NCBI GenBank assembly: GCA_041494705.1
Contig: JBGQBI010000004.1
Coordinates: forward strand, 180,001-212,000
From: Candidatus Methanoperedens sp.
GTDB lineage: Archaea; Halobacteriota; Methanosarcinia; Methanosarcinales; Methanoperedenaceae
Reading direction: 5' to 3'
Length of the DNA stretch: 32,000 nt
Every line of letters begins with the position of its first letter. The stretch's first letter is position 1. The position numbers and the translations under genes are program-made. Below the pieces are notes generated by a model. The model saw only the letters and a list, made by a program, of their open reading frames with translations, was not told where the DNA came from and ran no database searches. This document shows positions 1-7,836 of the stretch, in pieces.

Positions 1-190
1 TATTTACAAGATGATCTAATTCAGACAACGAATATGACCATTCATCCCTTTTAAAACTGGTTGAGGAGAAAAATTCCTGGAGATTTTTTACAGGCTTTTT
101 GATTAAATCAACAGAATATTTTCCTTTAGACTTAGAAATTTTTGTAATTAGAAACTCTTTGTATTCTGGTTTTAAGTAATATTGGGGCAA
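1..190 (-). CDS. hypothetical protein, 5' part only (continues past window edge); probable last visible gene of the NurA/HerA/SMC-like operon
   Basis: The minus-strand frame is open for 63 codons down to position 2 with no stop (LPQYYLKPEYKEFLITKISKSKGKYSVDLIKKPVKNLQEFFSSTSFKRDEWSYSLSELDHLVN...). A candidate TTG start at 190..188 lies 12 nt after the TAA of the upstream ATPase gene and 3 nt after an AGGTGAT Shine-Dalgarno-like motif (200..194). It is absent from the ORF track, presumably because the edge truncates it. No motif recognised. Confidence 0.3.
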   Translation of the reverse strand, partial: MPQYYLKPEYKEFLITKISKSKGKYSVDLIKKPVKNLQEFFSSTSFKRDEWSYSLSELDHLVN

Positions 191-202
191 ATCATCACCT
201 AC

Positions 203-2272
203 TTACACAGGGACAGGGTCCCAGGTAATCTCTGACACTTTGCTGTCTGCTATGGTAATTAGTGCAAATATCGTTTCACCTTTTTTAATCTGGCTCTTTA
301 TCTCATCAACCAATATTCCAATGTTTTTTTCATCCATATGCCCGATTTCATCTACCAATATGATCTTCTTTTTCCCACCAAAATTCTGCTTTATACGGGA
401 TAAAATTGAATTTAGGGCGGTATGACCAGTTCCCATCTGAACAAATTTGATCGGTTTTCTATTTTTTACAATATATTGTCTGTTTACAAGATCGACTTTT
501 TCGACTACCCAAGATTTTTTCTCAAAGTATACATTTTGTAGAATTTCAGCAAAATATTCGGATAAAGCATCAAACAATTCTTTTGCATGCTTATAATCAA
601 TCCCCATATCTGTCTTTCTGAAATCAACCGGTTCGAGAGCCTTTTTCCATTTGTTTACTTTTGATATCAAATCAAAACATTTAGCAGATTCTTCCTCTAG
701 CCAATCTTCATCAAATGCAGGTAGGGTCTCTAATTCACCTAATTGTTCAATAAGAGCAACCAATGTCTTTTCTTTCTGTCCCAAGCTTGCAATCTCTATT
801 TCTAAATCTTCAAATTCTTTTTTTGTCCTTTTATATTGTTCACGTTGTCCGGGATTATCTAGAATTTCATCGATCTCATTTTCGGACAATGATTCAACAA
901 TCTCCTCATGTTTCGAAGATTCCTTCTCCAAAAGGTCTAATTTGCTTTCCAATTTCTTAATTTCCTTTTCAATCTGATCATATTCATACATTTGTTCTTC
1001 ATCGACATCAGGAATTTTATCACGCTTTACTTTGAGATCAGAAAGATATACTGAAAGTTTATTTAATTCGCTGCTAACTTCAGCCAAATCTCGTTTTTTC
1101 AAGATTTTAGGTTCTAATTGTTTGTTAAATTCATCTAACTCTTTATAAAATGAAAAAATATTTTTTTCATCGGTCCCGGGAACATTCATTTCAAGACTTA
1201 AATATCCCCTTAAAACTTCCATAATTTTATTGATTAATTCAGATTGTTTCTCTTCTTGTTTGAATTTCTCATTAAGAGGGTCATTTTTAAGATCCAAAAT
1301 GATTTTTTTTACATCATCAGTCCATTCTTCAATATTTTTTATTGCTATTTCTTTAGGACTATATAATTCATTAAGTTTTTTTTCAATTTTTTTAATAAAT
1401 GTGAGGTTTTCTTCTGATAAAATTTCACGATATTTTTTTATTAAAGATAGAGATTTTTTAGTGTTACTATTAACTATATTAAATTCAGTGACTTGTTGTT
1501 TGAACTTGGGGGTTCCACCGCCTAAACCTTTCTGCTTTAAATTTGTTCTTTTTTCCTTTAGACTAACTAATTCATTTTCATTTTGTTCATATAAATCCTC
1601 TATTTCGTAATATGAAATTACTTTATCAGCTATCTCTAATTTTGAGACTTCCGCTTCCACTCTATTTTTCAATTCTTTTTTATTTTCTAGTTCTCTCTTA
1701 GTTTCTTCCAATATACCCTTATTTTTTTGAATCTTTTTATCTTTCTCCTTAAAATCTATTATTTGAGTCCTTTTGTTACCCAAATCTTGGTCATATCTTG
1801 TGAGATATCTTTCATAATCTATGAGATTCTCTCTAATGAGACGAACCGATGATTGGAGTTTGACCAATGGATCATCCGGAACATCATAAAGTACTTGAAT
1901 ATTCTCATTAAAATATTCAGAACCTACGGGTTCACCATTTAATTTTGTATTCAGTGAACCTTTATCATATTGAGAATAGATTTCCATGAGACCATCCTTG
2001 CTTTTGATTATAAAATCAAATTTTAGGACATCCAATTTATCCGAACAAAGATATTCCATTTTGGCACGCAATGAATCTGAAATAATCCCTTTCTCGGCAA
2101 TGGTACTCTCATTCGCATACAGACCCAATGCGACCATATTTAGAGTTGTTGTTTTCCCCTGATCGTTTGTTCCTCGTATGAAGAATAAGTTATGATCCGA
2201 ATGCTCTTTTTTTGGAAATGTACATTTATACAGGGGCCCTCCGTCCTGGAATTCATAATTTATTGTGAACAT
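203..2272 (-). CDS. SMC/Rad50/SbcC/DndD-type ABC ATPase with long central coiled coil
   Basis: 689-aa ORF. N-terminal Walker A 'IRGTNDQGKTTTLNMV' follows a short beta-rich lead-in. About 400 aa of K/E/L-rich heptad-like sequence follows (predicted coiled coil, with breaks at 'KGLGGGTPK' and 'NVPGTDEKN'). C-terminal Walker B/D-loop is 'KKIILVDEIGHMDEKN'. No CxxC zinc hook. The start ATG overlaps the stop of the upstream 40-codon ORF (TAATG). Confidence 0.75.
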   Translation of the reverse strand: MFTINYEFQDGGPLYKCTFPKKEHSDHNLFFIRGTNDQGKTTTLNMVALGLYANESTIAEKGIISDSLRAKMEYLCSDKLDVLKFDFIIKSKDGLMEIYSQYDKGSLNTKLNGEPVGSEYFNENIQVLYDVPDDPLVKLQSSVRLIRENLIDYERYLTRYDQDLGNKRTQIIDFKEKDKKIQKNKGILEETKRELENKKELKNRVEAEVSKLEIADKVISYYEIEDLYEQNENELVSLKEKRTNLKQKGLGGGTPKFKQQVTEFNIVNSNTKKSLSLIKKYREILSEENLTFIKKIEKKLNELYSPKEIAIKNIEEWTDDVKKIILDLKNDPLNEKFKQEEKQSELINKIMEVLRGYLSLEMNVPGTDEKNIFSFYKELDEFNKQLEPKILKKRDLAEVSSELNKLSVYLSDLKVKRDKIPDVDEEQMYEYDQIEKEIKKLESKLDLLEKESSKHEEIVESLSENEIDEILDNPGQREQYKRTKKEFEDLEIEIASLGQKEKTLVALIEQLGELETLPAFDEDWLEEESAKCFDLISKVNKWKKALEPVDFRKTDMGIDYKHAKELFDALSEYFAEILQNVYFEKKSWVVEKVDLVNRQYIVKNRKPIKFVQMGTGHTALNSILSRIKQNFGGKKKIILVDEIGHMDEKNIGILVDEIKSQIKKGETIFALITIADSKVSEITWDPVPV

Positions 2273-2394
2273 TATTTTGTCTCCTCCAGAACTCCCTGGT
2301 TTTCAATTACTTTTTTGAGAAATTCGAATTCGTCCTCTTTAAGTAATTTTTTTAGCAGATTCTCCATTTCCTTATCAATTCTCTTTTTTACCAT
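2272..2394 (-). CDS. unannotated 40-aa small protein, translationally coupled on both sides
   Basis: Hand translation gives MVKKRIDKEMENLLKKLLKEDEFEFLKKVIENQGVLEETK*. The ATG at 2394..2392 shares one nt with the TGA of the HerA-like gene (TGATG). The TAA at 2274..2272 shares one nt with the ATG of the SMC-like gene (TAATG). It is below the 60-aa cutoff of the ORF track and fills the inter-ORF gap exactly. Confidence 0.45.
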   Translation of the reverse strand: MVKKRIDKEMENLLKKLLKEDEFEFLKKVIENQGVLEETK

Positions 2395-3941
2395 CATGCA
2401 CCACCCGATAATGACATTGGGAATTTTACGAATTTCAATTGACTCAGCCCATGGATTCGGGCGACACCAAATCCTGCACTAAATCCTTCTGGATCAAACC
2501 CTGCGGTCGTTATTCCAAGAGATTTGATTTTTGAAGAATCGGATTTGAAGTAAATCTTGGAATTCACGACGTTTGTAATTCCACTTGGCATATCTTCAGG
2601 ATTCTGTGAGGCAAATATTACCCCAATTTTCAGACTTCTTCCTTTTCTGCTAATAGAATCAAGAGTTTGGAGTGCCTGTTCACTTCTGGTGTTTCCATAA
2701 AATTCATGCACTTCATCGATAATGATTAACACTGGGACTGTTAATTCTTTGTTGCTCTTTGCATTATACACTTTGTCGAGCAAATCTCTGAGCAAAACAG
2801 AACCAAATCCAAAACCGTGTTTGCCGGTAACATCAATGACCGACATTTTCTTTGGCTGAAGGATATCTTCTGCCTGAAGCTCTCTAGCGTCTTTTACATC
2901 GAAAAACTCAGTTGCATGGGTTAAGGCTCGGTTAATATTGCTGAGAGTAGAAGTATGGAGTTTAGTTGGAAGGATATCCCCTAGAGAGTTTTCTGATTGA
3001 TATCCGCCCTCTTTTTCAGGATCTGAAAAATAAATGATAAAATCGTGTAAAGTATCGCTTTCTTCGGCCACATTGTTTTTCCAATAACGGAAAATTCCAG
3101 GGAGCTGATCGGCTGCAAGGTCAGAAATATTTTGAATCAAACCGGTCAGGGTTTCTGGATCTATGTTTTTCACTTTGAGTGTAATGCTCTCCGTAAGATC
3201 AATATTTACATATTTTGAGTATTTTGGTTTTTTATTTCCAGGGTAATATATTTTGTATCGTTCAATTCCTTTTGGCTGAATCCCAAGGTCTTTCCACTCT
3301 TTCATAATAACATCATTTGCAGCCTCAGTAGGTTTATCCATTGTAAGCATGTCCTCTTCTTTGACATTGATTGCGAGGACTGCACCGTTCATTTTTTCAA
3401 TAAAGTACTGAGCGAGATATTTCATCGCCACGGTCTTGCCAGACCCTGTCCTCCCGGTTATCAACATTTGGTAGAAAAAAACTTCTTCAGGGACATTTAC
3501 ATGGATGAATTGTTTTTCATCATCATAGAGATGCTGAACAGATCGAGAAAAGACTGTGGCGGGAAAAACTGGAATTCCCTTTGAATTATCGCCAAATGCA
3601 TAATGGACTTCTTCTTGATTCGATCTCCGTGCCTTTAGTTGTGGTTTAATAAAACTGCTACTTCCGTCATTTCTATCTGGGATTTCAACTATACGTATAG
3701 CAGAAATAATATTTTGACAGTTTTGATCTTGTTGAAGTGTCGGAAGGTCTAAATCTACAATTAATGTTGATGGCTTATAAGGATTATTTTGATAGGTATC
3801 TTCTGTTCGTACAATAAATTTTTTTCCTTCTTTCTCATCTTCTATTGTGATATATGATCCCTGATGTAAGATTCCGTCAGTACCCTGTTTTGATACGAGA
3901 ATTACTTTATCTCTATCTATATCCGCAACAATCCAAGTCAT
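2394..3941 (-). CDS. HerA/FtsK-superfamily (DUF87-like) hexameric ATPase/translocase
   Basis: 515-aa ORF with Walker A 'ITGRTGSGKTVAMKYL' and Walker B 'VLIIIDEVHEFYG'. 'FASQNPEDM' corresponds to the xTQRP-type motif of HerA-like ATPases. The beta-rich N-terminal ~130 aa is consistent with a HAS barrel. It lies 6 nt downstream of the NurA-like gene. Confidence 0.8.
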   Translation of the reverse strand: MTWIVADIDRDKVILVSKQGTDGILHQGSYITIEDEKEGKKFIVRTEDTYQNNPYKPSTLIVDLDLPTLQQDQNCQNIISAIRIVEIPDRNDGSSSFIKPQLKARRSNQEEVHYAFGDNSKGIPVFPATVFSRSVQHLYDDEKQFIHVNVPEEVFFYQMLITGRTGSGKTVAMKYLAQYFIEKMNGAVLAINVKEEDMLTMDKPTEAANDVIMKEWKDLGIQPKGIERYKIYYPGNKKPKYSKYVNIDLTESITLKVKNIDPETLTGLIQNISDLAADQLPGIFRYWKNNVAEESDTLHDFIIYFSDPEKEGGYQSENSLGDILPTKLHTSTLSNINRALTHATEFFDVKDARELQAEDILQPKKMSVIDVTGKHGFGFGSVLLRDLLDKVYNAKSNKELTVPVLIIIDEVHEFYGNTRSEQALQTLDSISRKGRSLKIGVIFASQNPEDMPSGITNVVNSKIYFKSDSSKIKSLGITTAGFDPEGFSAGFGVARIHGLSQLKFVKFPMSLSGGA

Positions 3942-3947
3942 TTATAT

Positions 3948-5000
3948 TCACCCAAACCTTTCTTGATTGATAGTTGATACCAAACCAATTCTTTTCATGA
4001 GTATGTTTAAATTCATCATCTTAATCGATTCCCTAGCAAATTTTTCAGCAATTATAATCGGACGAACTTGAGGATTTTTTTCATCTCCTTGGACGAGGAT
4101 AAGGTAATAAACAAGATTTATTATATTACTCAAAAAATCTATACCATATTTTTCTAAAGTAGAGATATGAAATTCAACTCGTTGGGGGCTAATATCATGT
4201 GGCTTAATATAACAAAAAACTTTACCGTTCTTTGGATTGTGTTTATCCTGATATTGAATAAAACTGGTTCGTTCTCCTTTTTTCAACAAAAGATACGACC
4301 AATGCATATCAGAATTAAAATTATTCTTCAATTTTTCGATATGATCCGTTACAAGATTACTTGAACTGTTTTTCACAATAAAAATTGGAATAAAATCTTG
4401 GTCTAACATCCAAGAATTTAATTTCGTGGTGTGGGAGCTGATCTGTCCACCAATTAATGGCCCGTCAATCATGATGATAGTGTTTTTTGGAAAATATTTG
4501 AAATTTTCCTTGAAAAACTCATCTCGTTCGTTTACGTAGAGTTCTTTTCTTTTACTCTCTACATTATCTGCATGATGAATATATTCAGATTTATCACTGA
4601 TCAGATTCGAACGCGTGAAAAAATTAAAAGTGAGCTTGACCACTGGTAGATAATCATTTTCACCAAGAAAAATAATGCTGTGAGCTGTTAGGTATGAACT
4701 TCCTTCAATAGCTTCAAATTTGTCTATTGATTCATCATATGCAGCGACTAAATAACCATTTTCGATGAGATTGGCACCATCTATTGGAGTTAATGGATAT
4801 TTTTTATCTATATCAAGAAATGATAAAACTCCTTCGGATGAAGGAAATGGATACGAATTAAAATCAACAGATTCTGGGATTGGAACATTTGGTAAATAGA
4901 TATTTTTTTGTTTTAACTCAATTAGGCTTTTAAAAAAATGCGGATGAGTTATTATTTTTCCAAACCCGGATAGAGAATTAGATGGAGACATAAGACACAT
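3948..5000 (-). CDS. NurA-like nuclease (RNase H-like fold), tentative
   Basis: 350-aa ORF immediately upstream of the HerA-like gene, which is the classical NurA-HerA arrangement. The order of acidic motifs fits NurA: 'TPIDGANL' (hDG after a beta strand), 'FLGENDY', 'IIMIDGPLIGG', and C-terminal 'RPIIIAEKFARE'. The start could be the second ATG at 4991. The call rests on synteny plus short motifs only. Confidence 0.5.
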   Translation of the reverse strand: MCLMSPSNSLSGFGKIITHPHFFKSLIELKQKNIYLPNVPIPESVDFNSYPFPSSEGVLSFLDIDKKYPLTPIDGANLIENGYLVAAYDESIDKFEAIEGSSYLTAHSIIFLGENDYLPVVKLTFNFFTRSNLISDKSEYIHHADNVESKRKELYVNERDEFFKENFKYFPKNTIIMIDGPLIGGQISSHTTKLNSWMLDQDFIPIFIVKNSSSNLVTDHIEKLKNNFNSDMHWSYLLLKKGERTSFIQYQDKHNPKNGKVFCYIKPHDISPQRVEFHISTLEKYGIDFLSNIINLVYYLILVQGDEKNPQVRPIIIAEKFARESIKMMNLNILMKRIGLVSTINQERFG

Positions 5001-5063
5001 TTTTATATATGTAGATATTTAAGTATAACCGAATTATATATAAATGTATTGTCTGGCTCTTTT

Positions 5064-5071
5064 AAAAAAAA
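5064..5071 (-). terminator. oligo-T tract (T8 on the minus strand) downstream of the Dam-class methylase gene
   Basis: A run of 8 A on the plus strand gives T8 on the coding strand, 44 nt after the methylase stop, within a 114-nt AT-rich spacer. Archaeal intrinsic terminators are oligo-T tracts. This suggests the methylase and the NurA/HerA operon may be separate transcription units. Confidence 0.3.
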
Positions 5072-5114
5072 GATGGTGATAAATCATAAATATATTTTAT
5101 TTCCAATCATTTTT

Positions 5115-5957
5115 TCATAAATCATAATTATAAATAAATAGTTCTTTACCTTTTTTCGCGGTTCTCTTTACATTAGATAATATTTTTTGATTATTTACTC
5201 CGTACTGTAATTCCCATTCAGAAATTTGTGCAAAGTTGAATAAATCTCTTATTTCAGGTGAGTCATCACAGGTTATAAGCCATCTGTGATTACATTCTTT
5301 CATTAATTTTGCGAAATGTTCATGGTTAAATGATTGGTGCAAATATCCTTTTTTTCCATATAATCTTGATTCACGAGAATTAAAATATGGAGGATCAAGA
5401 AAAATAAATACATTGTCTCCATCCATTTTTATCAAATTTTCATACTCCTCATTTGTAATCTGAACATCTTGCATTAATTCGGTTAAATTTTTTAGCCTTT
5501 CGATAGAAGACATGGTAAATCTTTTTTCAAAAGATTCTTGTGAATATCCTCCAGAGCCGGATAATCCAGAAAAAGTAATCCGGTTTAATACGAAAAATCT
5601 GATTGCAGTTTCAAGCTCAGACTCTTCATTTAAAACTTGAGTTATTAGGCTTTTATGTAAAGATTTACCATCTAATGACTGGTTTTTTATTCTAAGTACT
5701 TCTTCGATTAAATCTTCGCTGTTATCTCTTAGTTGTTTCCAAAAACAAAAAAGATCATAATTTAAGTCATTGATTTTAAATACTGAAGTATCTCTAGCTT
5801 GTTTGGCAGCGATAAATACAGAACCTCCACCAACAAAAGGCTCGCGAAATTCATCAAAATCTATTGGAATTCGAGGCAATATTTTTTTCAAAGCTCTTGC
5901 TTTCCCACCAGGATAACGGAGCGGAGTTCTTATTTTTAAGCCCATATATATCGACAA
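5115..5957 (-). CDS. Dam-class (D12, alpha-class) N6-adenine DNA methyltransferase
   Basis: 280-aa ORF with 'RYPGGKARAL' (Y/W-x-GGK N-terminal Dam motif), motif I 'EPFVGGGSVF' and motif IV 'LDPPYF'. The I-then-IV order indicates alpha class. An alternative start is the ATG at 5945. Confidence 0.85.
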   Translation of the reverse strand: MSIYMGLKIRTPLRYPGGKARALKKILPRIPIDFDEFREPFVGGGSVFIAAKQARDTSVFKINDLNYDLFCFWKQLRDNSEDLIEEVLRIKNQSLDGKSLHKSLITQVLNEESELETAIRFFVLNRITFSGLSGSGGYSQESFEKRFTMSSIERLKNLTELMQDVQITNEEYENLIKMDGDNVFIFLDPPYFNSRESRLYGKKGYLHQSFNHEHFAKLMKECNHRWLITCDDSPEIRDLFNFAQISEWELQYGVNNQKILSNVKRTAKKGKELFIYNYDL

Positions 5958-6063
5958 ATCTTTTTAAATAACAGCCAGTCATCATAAAAACAATAACATC
6001 ACTTAAATGTTACTAAATTTACAACGAGAGTGTTATTTTTACCTATATATTTCATGCACAAAT

Positions 6064-6642
6064 TCACATAAGCAGCAAATCCCAACCTATGCTCCTCCCC
6101 ATATCGCAATAATACTTCAATTTACAGCTATGCTCAATCTGCGCCGTGACAAAATAAGCCTCCTCAATCGTTTTCCCGGCAGCGAAAGTACCGTGTGCAA
6201 AAACGATAACGCCTTTGTGGTCTTTTAGCGCTCCCGAAGTATTATCCGCGAGTTCTTTTGTCCCGAAGCCGCCCCTCACCACCGGAATCTCATGCAGGAT
6301 ATACTGCCCTTCGCTGTCAGGAGGTACTATCTTATCATGCCCCAGCAGCGACTCGATAACCGAAAATGCGGGATGGGCATGGATAACCGCAAGCTCCGTC
6401 GTATTATTATAAATCGCCCTGTGAATCGGGCTTTCAGATGAAGCGATACTGTCATGACTTGAAGGCTTATCGATATCCACCTCCACAACGCTGTTTTCCG
6501 TTATCTCATCAAGAGGCACCCCGCTTTTTGTGATGAGCATCCGGCTTCCGGCGCGCACGCTCATATTCCCGAAATGCGATTCCACAAGCCCACGCTCCAC
6601 AAGCTTCTTGCCGAATTTTGCCATCTCCTGCCATTCAATCAT
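6064..6642 (-). CDS. class II aldolase/adducin-domain protein (FucA-like)
   Basis: 192-aa ORF with 'HFGNMSVR', 'VIHAHPAFS' (His zinc ligands) and 'VFAHGTFAAG'. These are typical of the fuculose-phosphate aldolase family. Confidence 0.75.
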   Translation of the reverse strand: MIEWQEMAKFGKKLVERGLVESHFGNMSVRAGSRMLITKSGVPLDEITENSVVEVDIDKPSSHDSIASSESPIHRAIYNNTTELAVIHAHPAFSVIESLLGHDKIVPPDSEGQYILHEIPVVRGGFGTKELADNTSGALKDHKGVIVFAHGTFAAGKTIEEAYFVTAQIEHSCKLKYYCDMGRSIGWDLLLM

Positions 6643-6681
6643 ATCTTAAATCCGAATTTTTCAATGAATTTTCAAACATAC

Positions 6682-7128
6682 TCATTTCCTCTTGAAAAAA
6701 AGCCAGGAATCCTTTCCCTTGAACCTGGTTTTAATCAAAGCATACCTGCCTGTTAATTTTCTTCCTTTAAGTTCAAAGAGCAGTTCATTATCCTTCTCGC
6801 TTTCAAGAATGAATTCGCCTTTATCCCATATCCGCACAGTCCCTGCGCCGTACATCCCTTCCGGTATCGTCCCTTCAAAATCAGCATATTCAAGCGGATG
6901 GTCTTCAGTCTGGATTGCAAGGCGCTTTTCACCCTCTTTGACCGGCGGCTCTTTGGGAACAGCCCACGAGCGAAGCACTCCTCCCATCTCAAGCCGAAGG
7001 TCATAATGCAAATGTGTGGCATCATGTTCATGGACTACAAAAATATTCCCTGCATGTGGTTTAATCGCGCCTTTCGGTTCAGGTGATTTTGAAAAATCTC
7101 TCAATTTATTATACTCATCAAGCGGCAT
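6682..7128 (-). CDS. stand-alone LigD-type 3'-phosphoesterase (PE) domain protein
   Basis: 148-aa ORF. 'FVVHEHDATHLHYDLRLE' and 'GVLRSWAVPKEPP' match the hallmark motifs of the DNA ligase D phosphoesterase domain. Confidence 0.8.
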   Translation of the reverse strand: MPLDEYNKLRDFSKSPEPKGAIKPHAGNIFVVHEHDATHLHYDLRLEMGGVLRSWAVPKEPPVKEGEKRLAIQTEDHPLEYADFEGTIPEGMYGAGTVRIWDKGEFILESEKDNELLFELKGRKLTGRYALIKTRFKGKDSWLFFKRK

Positions 7129-7132
7129 GGCA

Positions 7133-7762
7133 TCACCCGAAAGTAAATGCGCTCGGGCACAGCTTGTTCAAGACGCAGATTTCACATTTTGGTTTCTTCG
7201 CATCGCAGACCTGTCTTCCGTGCTGAATAAGCAACAGCGCGAAAATATCCCAGTCGTTTTTCGGGATGATTTTCATCAGGTCTTTTTCTATCTTTTCAGG
7301 GTCGGTGTTCGCTGACAGGCCAAGCCGCGAAGATAGCCTTTTCACATGCGTGTCCACAGCTATGCCCTCGATTTTCCCGAAAGCGCCTGATAATACGATG
7401 TTCGCCGTCTTTCTGGCAACTCCCGGCAGCGTGATAAGGTCTTCCATCGTGTCCGGGACTTTTGAATTGAAATTTTCAACCAGAATCCCGCATAGGTTTT
7501 TGATGTTTTTTGCCTTGTTCTTATAAAATCCGCTTGAGTAGATGTCTTTTTCAAGCTCTTCCTGCGGGGTATTCACATAATCCTGCGGCGCCCTGTACTT
7601 CTTGAAAAGGGTTTTTGTGACTTTATTTATCTGCTTATCAGTGCTTTGCGCCGAAAGGATGGTAGCAATCAGGAGTTCAAGGGGATTTGAAAAATCAAGA
7701 GCTATCTTTACATCCGGATACTCTTTTTTCAATAGCGCAATAATCCCATCGACTTTATCCAT
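7133..7762 (-). CDS. nth: endonuclease III (DNA glycosylase/AP lyase)
   Basis: 209-aa ORF with HhH-GPD region 'LITLPGVARKTANIVL' and 'VDTHV'. The C-terminal 4Fe-4S ligands 'CDAKKPKCEICVLNKLC' follow the pattern C-x6-C-x2-C-x5-C. Confidence 0.9.
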   Translation of the reverse strand: MDKVDGIIALLKKEYPDVKIALDFSNPLELLIATILSAQSTDKQINKVTKTLFKKYRAPQDYVNTPQEELEKDIYSSGFYKNKAKNIKNLCGILVENFNSKVPDTMEDLITLPGVARKTANIVLSGAFGKIEGIAVDTHVKRLSSRLGLSANTDPEKIEKDLMKIIPKNDWDIFALLLIQHGRQVCDAKKPKCEICVLNKLCPSAFTFG

Positions 7763-7836
7763 GTTTTCTATTATAAATTGCAGAATAGTTAAGAGTTTTG
7801 ACCGTGTAGTCCCGTATTCAAACTAAACAATTTTAA

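Noticed and set aside
203-5000. Interpreting the NurA-like/HerA-like/SMC-like genes as the canonical archaeal mre11-rad50-herA-nurA repair operon.
   Set aside because: No ORF has Mre11 phosphoesterase motifs, and the SMC-like protein lacks the CxxC zinc hook. The gene order and the extra micro-ORF differ from the canonical operon. The strongly deviant AT-rich composition and the adjacent methylase argue for an acquired module. This cannot be fully excluded without seeing beyond position 1.
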